Made by a program: the position numbers and the translations under genes | In this document: positions 7,594 to 13,858 of the stretch, one piece after another | Layout: each line of letters begins with the position of its first letter | How positions within the stretch are numbered: the first letter of the stretch is position 1 | The notes under the pieces: generated by a model | The model's database searches: none | Seen by the model: the letters and a program-made list of their open reading frames with translations, nothing else | What the model was told of the DNA's origin: nothing | Origin: an uncultured euryarchaeote | Lineage (GTDB): Archaea; Thermoplasmatota; Poseidoniia; Poseidoniales; Poseidoniaceae | Assembly (NCBI GenBank): GCA_937899865.1 | Contig: CALBRH010000009.1 | Location: 1 to 14,769 of the forward strand | DNA length: 14,769 nucleotides | Reading direction: 5' to 3'

Positions 7594-8585
7594 AGTATTG
7601 GAAGGATGCCGGCCATGTTGCTAGGCGAACTCTAGAAGCGATGAAAGAGAAAATCGTCCCAGGTGCAACGCTTCATGAGACCATCGAGGCAGCTGAGAGA
7701 TTCATTCACAGGCATGGCGGTAAACCAGCGTTTCCAGGAACTATTGCGGTAAACGACCTTGCCGCCCATTTTACCACTGATCACAATGTGTCACCAGTTG
7801 AAGATTGGGATGGCGATATGATTTTGCAAAAAGGAGACTGTGTGAAAATAGATTATGGCGTGCATATCAAAGGTCATATTGGAGATAATGCATTAACTAT
7901 TGAAGTAGGTAACACCAATAATCATACTGAACAAATCAAGGCAGCGAAAGAAGCAAGAGATGCTGCAATAGAAATGCTTCATCCTGGAACGCCATGGTAC
8001 AAAGTGGGAGCCGCTGCTGCACAACCATCTCTCGATGCTGGTTTTCAGCCAATTAGAAATCTATGTGGCCATCAGTTAAAGCCATGGGAATTACATGCAG
8101 GAGTATCGGTGCCATCGTATGCTTGCGGACCAGATAATAGAGGTTTCAAGGGAGTGGTTGAAGAAGGCGGGATATACGCGATAGAGCCTTTTAACACTAC
8201 AGGCAATAGTGGTATGATTAAAAATCTCGGTAAGTCAAATTCTTCGAATATTTACCGATTAACAGGCAACACAACTTCTCGTAAAGCACGAGCAAAAGGT
8301 CAATTAAAGCCTCTTGGTGCACAACTAGCACGAAATCTAGAAGAGAGATATTCGACTCTACCATTTGCTGAAAGATGGGCTTTTCCTATGTTAGAAAAAC
8401 CATTTCCTGAAGCTGATGAAGCAAGTAAACAAAGTAAATGGAATGCTTTAGTTAAGAAATTGATCAGTATTAGATTCCTAGAAACTTATCATGTATTAGC
8501 ATGTGCTGATGGGGGCAATATATGTCAATTCGAGCATACGGTTTATGTGACAGATGGCGGCCCTGAAATTCTAACAGTTGAATAA
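7572..8585 (+). CDS. map: Methionine aminopeptidase type II
   Basis: AAHFT substrate His, metal ligands KIDYG, GDNA, GHQL, AIEPF and QFEHT, plus a helical type II insert containing TLPFAERW. Overlaps tsaC by 22 nt. Confidence 0.95.
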   Translation: MDEELSLKYWKDAGHVARRTLEAMKEKIVPGATLHETIEAAERFIHRHGGKPAFPGTIAVNDLAAHFTTDHNVSPVEDWDGDMILQKGDCVKIDYGVHIKGHIGDNALTIEVGNTNNHTEQIKAAKEARDAAIEMLHPGTPWYKVGAAAAQPSLDAGFQPIRNLCGHQLKPWELHAGVSVPSYACGPDNRGFKGVVEEGGIYAIEPFNTTGNSGMIKNLGKSNSSNIYRLTGNTTSRKARAKGQLKPLGAQLARNLEERYSTLPFAERWAFPMLEKPFPEADEASKQSKWNALVKKLISIRFLETYHVLACADGGNICQFEHTVYVTDGGPEILTVE

Positions 8586-8674
8586 ACAGGATTAAACAGC
8601 GATTTTGTTATAGAATCAATGATTTTTTGATTTTCAGCCGTGACGAATATAAACTGTGAGTGCTTGGATGAATA

Positions 8675-8747
8675 TGAACGGGCTGTTTGAGTTCTGTTGA
8701 GTGCATCCCATCCCCTCTGCTTTACTCTCACCCGTTCACCTCTTTTT
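8675..8747 (+). ncRNA. Candidate small structured non-coding RNA (unverified)
   Basis: TATAAA at 8648-8653 lies about 25 nt upstream. Perfect 8-bp inverted repeat TGAACGGG (8675-8682) / CCCGTTCA (8731-8738) with an inner GAGTGCA...TGCTTTACTC stem, followed by TTTTT at 8743-8747. Confidence 0.3.
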
Positions 8748-8879
8748 CTCTTAACAATCAATGTTATTTTTTGCTTGTTTACAAACCGTTTGCACCACTC
8801 GCAGAAGATCTCGAAATTTCTTACTTTCGCGCAGTGCACCGTTTTTATGGGCATTTTTTGATTTTGACCGGCACTATGA

Positions 8880-8932
8880 TTAAATATGGCGCCACCAGTG
8901 GACGTAGTACACCCGGCTACGGGTAAGGAGGA
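8880..8932 (+). promoter_or_regulatory. Pilin promoter and leader: TATA-like box, 5' hairpin and Shine-Dalgarno
   Basis: TTAAATA at 8880-8886, hairpin ACCCG-GCTA-CGGGT at 8911-8924, GGAGGA at 8927-8932, 7 nt before ATG 8940. Confidence 0.6.
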
Positions 8933-8939
8933 CAAAAAT

Positions 8940-9404
8940 ATGAAGAACGAAACAAGAAATGACGAAGCTGTAAGCCCAGTTATTGCAACTATCCTAATGG
9001 TTGCAATCACTGTTGTACTAGCAGGTGTACTATACGTATGGGCTGCTAACCTAGCAGAAAGTAACACTGACGGTAGCCTTGAGCTATACACCTTCAGTGG
9101 CGCAGATGCACCTGGATCTGACGGCGCAGTAATTATGACCATGGACAGTGGATCCGACCTAGGTTGGGCATCCATCACCATCAAAGCAAGCGTTAACGGT
9201 GCTGCATCAGTAACTGTTGACCAATGTGCTTCTGGTGAAACTGAAGACTGCTGGTCATCCACAGACAGCGATGCTGATAACTGGAACGTTGGTGAAGCAA
9301 TTACTGTTGACACCGACTGCACAGGCGTATGCACAGTTACTGTTAACGTTTTGAACAGTAGAGAGGGTACAACCCTTGACACAACAATTATTGACGCTGA
9401 GTGA
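8940..9404 (+). CDS. Archaeal type IV pilin (class III signal peptide, Pilin_N-like)
   Basis: MKNETRNDEA|VSPVIATILMVAITVVLAGVLYVW is a typical archaeal prepilin cleavage site plus hydrophobic helix. Beta-rich acidic globular domain with WNVGEAI. A strong SD supports start 8940 over 8886. Confidence 0.92.
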   Translation: MKNETRNDEAVSPVIATILMVAITVVLAGVLYVWAANLAESNTDGSLELYTFSGADAPGSDGAVIMTMDSGSDLGWASITIKASVNGAASVTVDQCASGETEDCWSSTDSDADNWNVGEAITVDTDCTGVCTVTVNVLNSREGTTLDTTIIDAE

Positions 9405-9459
9405 AATTCACCCAACGATTAATTGAATTATGAACTGATATATTCTGCGGAATATAACT

Positions 9460-9499
9460 GCTCCTCCGGAGGTTTCGGCCTCCGGGGGAGCTTTTTTTT
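9460..9499 (+). terminator. Stem-loop plus oligo-T 3' end of the pilin transcript
   Basis: GCTCCTCCGGAGGT-TTCG-GCCTCCGGGGGAGC forms a 14-bp stem (12 Watson-Crick, 2 G-U) with a UUCG loop, followed directly by T8 (9492-9499). Confidence 0.85.
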
Positions 9500-9502
9500 A
9501 TT

Positions 9503-10720
9503 TCAAAATTTATAGAGTAATTTTCTTACATCACTATGTTGATCCCATTTATGTGATGAACGCCCTCTAGAACTTCTATATCGAGCAATGAACAAATACT
9601 CAAAACTCGTTATCAGAGCACCAATTGTTGTGATAAATGGTAATTTTATGCCATTACGGAAAGTTAACCATGAAACAAGAATCAATAATTCTATCGAGGT
9701 TAATCCTGCATGGATAAGTGCTTCGTATTCCCATAGACTATGAATACCTGTTATACTGACATATATCCACCTAGTGATAGCACAAATTGCAATTTGAAAC
9801 AAGATTAGTGGCACAGTTAAATGAATATAACTTTGAAAACTAAATATTTTAGCAAATTCACCATCTTCTGGTAATTTGTGTTGTTTTGGAAATCGTGATA
9901 GCATATTCTGTAAACCTTGAGCACGTCTAACCTTTTGCCTACTTTGGCCTTCAATTGTAGTTGGAGCAAAATCAATGAAAGAAGCTTCAGAATCAAATAT
10001 ACTTCTAAGTCCAGAGATTCTTACCAAAGATGCAATTTGAGCATCGTCTGCATTGGAATCAGTATTCAAATCAGATGGATTAATACTACCATGTCGCCAC
10101 ATCATGCAAGAACCTTCGAGAAACGGCGTGCTATCTACTTTAGATTCTGCTGATCTCAGCATTTCGTATAGTGAGCGATATTTGGTCTCGCCATGTAATC
10201 TAGTTTTACGATTAGCGCTACTTCCTACCGCACCTATTGAGGGATTAGCAAACCAGCCATATAATCGTTGAATTGTTCCTTCACCAATCAATGCATCAGC
10301 ATCTGTCATCATTACCAGACCTTCAAAGGAATCTTCTGTTAAGTCCTCGAGTGCCAACTTTACCGCACTGGTTTTACCTAATCGTTCAGGCATTTCGATA
10401 ACCTTAGTTGCTGAAAAGACCGAGGGATTGTCAATAATCCATTGCTTAACCAAAGCAACACTATCATCTGTAGATGCTGAATCTATTACTAACAAAGAGG
10501 GTTTGGTTAGATATTGTCGTTTCAAGTCATCGAGTTTTTTCTCAATAACTACAGCCTCATTCCAGATTGGTAATAGGATTACTAATTGTGAATCATGAGT
10601 TTCTTTTGGATATTCAAGAGGAATTCGATTCCAACGTTTTGCCTTGAATCTGTATATTAGCAATGGCAAAGCAACCAGTGAACCAAGGATTACCTCAGCA
10701 ATGGCTGATGCTAACAACAT
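9503..10720 (-). CDS. Family 2 glycosyltransferase, membrane-bound, cellulose-synthase/PgaC-like motif set
   Basis: LLPIWNE, VIDSASTD, GKTSA, TDADA (DxD), LEGSC, ADD and QKVRRA (QxxRW-like), with N- and C-terminal hydrophobic helices. Confidence 0.88.
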   Translation of the reverse strand: MLLASAIAEVILGSLVALPLLIYRFKAKRWNRIPLEYPKETHDSQLVILLPIWNEAVVIEKKLDDLKRQYLTKPSLLVIDSASTDDSVALVKQWIIDNPSVFSATKVIEMPERLGKTSAVKLALEDLTEDSFEGLVMMTDADALIGEGTIQRLYGWFANPSIGAVGSSANRKTRLHGETKYRSLYEMLRSAESKVDSTPFLEGSCMMWRHGSINPSDLNTDSNADDAQIASLVRISGLRSIFDSEASFIDFAPTTIEGQSRQKVRRAQGLQNMLSRFPKQHKLPEDGEFAKIFSFQSYIHLTVPLILFQIAICAITRWIYVSITGIHSLWEYEALIHAGLTSIELLILVSWLTFRNGIKLPFITTIGALITSFEYLFIARYRSSRGRSSHKWDQHSDVRKLLYKF

Positions 10721-10823
10721 GAATATCGCAAATGCGTTTGAGATATTACTTCTTGCACACTTTACCTGTGATTAATGTACATTTGACCACTATCCTATTG
10801 AAACCGCATAGTTAGGCTTAGGC

Positions 10824-11813
10824 ATGCGCAGAGTATTGCATGTTGGCCCGTGTAATACGCCTGGTGGAATGGCAAAGGTAATCGAAATTTTATCACAGAA
10901 CCCGCCTGATGGATGGGTTGCAGATACTTGGCAATCACACATAGTTGGCAATCAAATTACCAAATATTTCTATCACAAAAAAATGCTAAAAAACTTCGCT
11001 AAAATGATAACTGGTAAACAAAAGCCAGCACTCGTTCATATTCATACTGCTGCCGATTGGTCTTGGAAGCGTAAATCGAAATATGTCAAATTATGTAGGG
11101 AGGCGGCAATACCTTGTGTAGTACATATTCACAGCGGGAAATTCGACAAGTGGTTAGACAATAAAGATTCTAGAAACAGTATCGATTTTAGAAACACTAC
11201 TGATTTTGAAGGTTGCAAAGTTGTGGTTCTTACTGAAGGGTGGCAAAAAAATTTGGCAAGTATAATTGGAGACTGTTTAGTGGTAAATAATCCAATAGAT
11301 CCAAAATTAGTTTACAATCAAGAAAATAGAAAACAAAAACAGCTGCTAATGTTAGGGAGGTATGACAAAGTCAAAGGTCATGATTTTGCTGTAAATCTGT
11401 TGGGAAAACTACGAAATGAATACGATAGCAAAGTTACTTTGGTGATGACTGGAACAGATAAATTGAATGCTCAAGGCTTAGAATGTCATGAATGGGTATC
11501 AGAAGAAAAAAAATCTGTATTTTTACAGCAATCAAGTCTACTGATTATGCCTTCTAAATTTGAAGGGCAACCATTAGTAATGCTGGAAGCTTTGCATTGC
11601 GGACTGCCTTGTTTAGTTAGTGACAAAATCATTGATTTGCCAAACACGGTATTTTCTGCAAATTATGATGATATTGATAATTGGTTCAATAAAGTCGTTG
11701 ACATTCTTGAGAACCCAGTAGATAAAGACGAGATTCATAACTCTGTTAGTCATTTAAATATCGATTTAATCAACAAGAATTGGCTTGATATTTACGACTC
11801 ACTAATTGAATGA
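10824..11813 (+). CDS. Family 4 (GT-B) glycosyltransferase
   Basis: HIHTA...KRK, VHIHSG, GRYDKVKG, and EGQPLVMLEALHCGLP (E-x7-E motif). Confidence 0.88.
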   Translation: MRRVLHVGPCNTPGGMAKVIEILSQNPPDGWVADTWQSHIVGNQITKYFYHKKMLKNFAKMITGKQKPALVHIHTAADWSWKRKSKYVKLCREAAIPCVVHIHSGKFDKWLDNKDSRNSIDFRNTTDFEGCKVVVLTEGWQKNLASIIGDCLVVNNPIDPKLVYNQENRKQKQLLMLGRYDKVKGHDFAVNLLGKLRNEYDSKVTLVMTGTDKLNAQGLECHEWVSEEKKSVFLQQSSLLIMPSKFEGQPLVMLEALHCGLPCLVSDKIIDLPNTVFSANYDDIDNWFNKVVDILENPVDKDEIHNSVSHLNIDLINKNWLDIYDSLIE

Positions 11814-12898
11814 ATAAGTTGGATTAATGATTTCACTGGTATATCCCAACTAAGATTCTCCTCAGCGAATTTCCTCGAGGATTTTGATAAATCACTTATG
11901 GAGAGAGTATTCAATTCAGATAACCATTTGACACCTTCCTCATGGAAATCATATTGCGGAACTAACTTCATCCAAGAGTAATCGCTTTGATCAAATCTAT
12001 GCCCGTTATGGTCTATTCCAAATATCAATAACCCGCTTGCACAATATTCACTTCGCTTCAATGGACTTGAAATCGCCCATACATCAATCTCTGGCATCGG
12101 CAATAATCCAATAGTTGATTCTCGTAAATGTTGAGCAACCTCTTCCAAAGTCATTGGTGGATAGACTGATATTGAATCAATATCTTTAGCAATCTGCTGT
12201 AATTCATCATAGCAATCTCCATCGCCAATAAGTTTCAAAGAAATATCTAATCCATCAGAAATGCTTTTTCTAACCAGCATTGGTAATGCTAAAACTCCTC
12301 GATGTTTGTCTAATCGGCCATGATAGATTAGTTTCAGACCATCATTAGTTGGCGCTGGTGAAAAAACTTCCAAATCCACTCCTACAGGTAATTGGCAAAA
12401 TTTGTTAGGCGAAATATTGATTTTTTCTGCAACAAATTGTTGATGGTGTGATGAAACTACAGTACCCTTGGCATTATCCGAGTTGGCAACCAATTTCCAC
12501 GCACGTCGCCAAATAGGCCACTGTAGTTTTGCTAAAATTCCAGTATCAGCGGGTGGGCTACGATCTAAAAGAATCCATGGAATATTTGCTTTAGTTAACG
12601 CAGAATATAATTTGGCTATCAAGCGCCAATCTACTATTGCAACCGCAGGATGAATAATTTCCTGTTTAATCAACCATTTCGCCATATTTTTGCCTAGAGA
12701 GGAGGACTTCATACCAGGAAAATTACTAGAATCAATAGCAATATGTTGACAATCAAGACCTATGGTAGAATTTGGCGGGTCTTTGTTAATGAACTGAATA
12801 TCATAACCATTTTTCAATAATCCCTTGACTAAGGCTTTTTGTGATGTAAAACACATATCATTTACTGAGTTAGCCGAGAACCACATGACTTGCATCAT
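11792..12898 (-). CDS. Family 4 (GT-B) glycosyltransferase-like protein
   Basis: PVGVDLEVF, LIYHGRLDKHRG, GLLP and SPLKRSEYCASG (variant of PLKLxEYMAxG). Confidence 0.8.
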   Translation of the reverse strand: MMQVMWFSANSVNDMCFTSQKALVKGLLKNGYDIQFINKDPPNSTIGLDCQHIAIDSSNFPGMKSSSLGKNMAKWLIKQEIIHPAVAIVDWRLIAKLYSALTKANIPWILLDRSPPADTGILAKLQWPIWRRAWKLVANSDNAKGTVVSSHHQQFVAEKINISPNKFCQLPVGVDLEVFSPAPTNDGLKLIYHGRLDKHRGVLALPMLVRKSISDGLDISLKLIGDGDCYDELQQIAKDIDSISVYPPMTLEEVAQHLRESTIGLLPMPEIDVWAISSPLKRSEYCASGLLIFGIDHNGHRFDQSDYSWMKLVPQYDFHEEGVKWLSELNTLSISDLSKSSRKFAEENLSWDIPVKSLIQLIHSISES

Positions 12899-12899
12899 C

Positions 12900-13847
12900 T
12901 CAACTCCTTAACTCATACTCAACCAAAGATAAGATTCCTTGCTTTAGTTCTATTTTTGGTTGCCAACCAAATGCTGATTTTACTTTGGAAATACTAGCGC
13001 ATGAAGAATCGATATCACCACTTCTCTTGCTTTGATAACTTGCTGGTGGAATCTCGATTGAAGATTCGGTTTGTGATACTGAATTACCAATTAATGTTAA
13101 CAGTTCTTGGATTGAGGTCTCAGTCTGTGTCGCTACATTGTAAATATCATTTGGAGTCTCGCTGTCATCAATTAAAATCAATAAAATTAAGCTAATCACA
13201 TCTGATACCTCAATGAAGTCTCTACTTTGATTACCATCGCCAAAAATAGTTGGGGAATTTCCCAAAATGATATTATCGATAAATGAAGGTATTACCGCGG
13301 CATAGTTTGAATCAGTACCTTGACCAGGCCCGTATACATTGAAAAATCTCAATACATGAACGCCTATATCGTCATTTACCATAGTTAGCAAATCTTGTTC
13401 ATTTTGAAATTTAGATTCAGCATATGGAGAAAGACAATCGCCTGCTGATTCCTCTATCAGTGGCATTTGGTCGCAATTCCCGTAAACTGCTGCAGAAGAT
13501 GCTGATACAACTTTTTTTATTTCACCAGTGTTAACAAATTCAATGATATTGCGAGTACCGCCAATATTTATCTCATCGTTTAGAGTTTTATTTTCCATTG
13601 ATGCAGACACTGATGTTTGAGCAGCAAGATGTACTACATGAGAACACCCTTGTCCTGCCTTTGAAATTGCTGCCAAATCTCTAATATCGCCTTGGAAATA
13701 ATTTGCTCCCATTTGGATCAACGTTTTGACTCTGCTATCTTCATTTGAAACAATATCAAGAATATTGACTTGGTATTGATTTGATAATAGGGTTTTGACA
13801 AGATTGTGGCCAATAAATCCAGCCCCTCCTGTAACTAAAACTCTCAA
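12900..13847 (-). CDS. NAD-dependent epimerase/dehydratase (extended SDR), WbpP-like UDP-GlcNAc/UDP-Glc 4-epimerase
   Basis: TGGAGFIG, HLAA, SSAAVYG, YAESK (YxxxK), RFFNVYGPGQ, YAAVIP and RDF. TTG start preceded by GAGGTGA. Confidence 0.88.
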   Translation of the reverse strand: MRVLVTGGAGFIGHNLVKTLLSNQYQVNILDIVSNEDSRVKTLIQMGANYFQGDIRDLAAISKAGQGCSHVVHLAAQTSVSASMENKTLNDEINIGGTRNIIEFVNTGEIKKVVSASSAAVYGNCDQMPLIEESAGDCLSPYAESKFQNEQDLLTMVNDDIGVHVLRFFNVYGPGQGTDSNYAAVIPSFIDNIILGNSPTIFGDGNQSRDFIEVSDVISLILLILIDDSETPNDIYNVATQTETSIQELLTLIGNSVSQTESSIEIPPASYQSKRSGDIDSSCASISKVKSAFGWQPKIELKQGILSLVEYELRS

Positions 13848-13851
13848 AACA

Positions 13852-13858
13852 TCACCTC
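13852..13858 (-). promoter_or_regulatory. Shine-Dalgarno GAGGTGA that also contains the upstream stop codon
   Basis: Minus strand reads AAGAGGTGATGTTTTG. TGA ends the GT4 gene and TTG starts the epimerase. Confidence 0.75.

Noticed and set aside
8687-8926. 79-aa plus-strand ORF in the intergenic region
   Set aside because: TTG start without a ribosome-binding site, no motif, and it runs through the pilin promoter elements.
8886-8939. Longer pilin N-terminus (MAPPVDVVHP...)
   Set aside because: GGAGGA sits at ideal spacing from ATG 8940, which gives a normal short class III leader. The upstream ATG overlaps the TATA-like box.
8543-9415. 290-aa minus-strand ORF
   Set aside because: Mostly antisense to the pilin. 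The pilin's codon bias leaves the opposite frame free of stops, and the ORF has no recognisable motif and overlaps the end of map.
9439-9456. 7-bp AT-rich hairpin TATATTC-TGCG-GAATATA
   Set aside because: Weak stem likely to arise by chance in AT-rich DNA, although it lies next to the strong hairpin.
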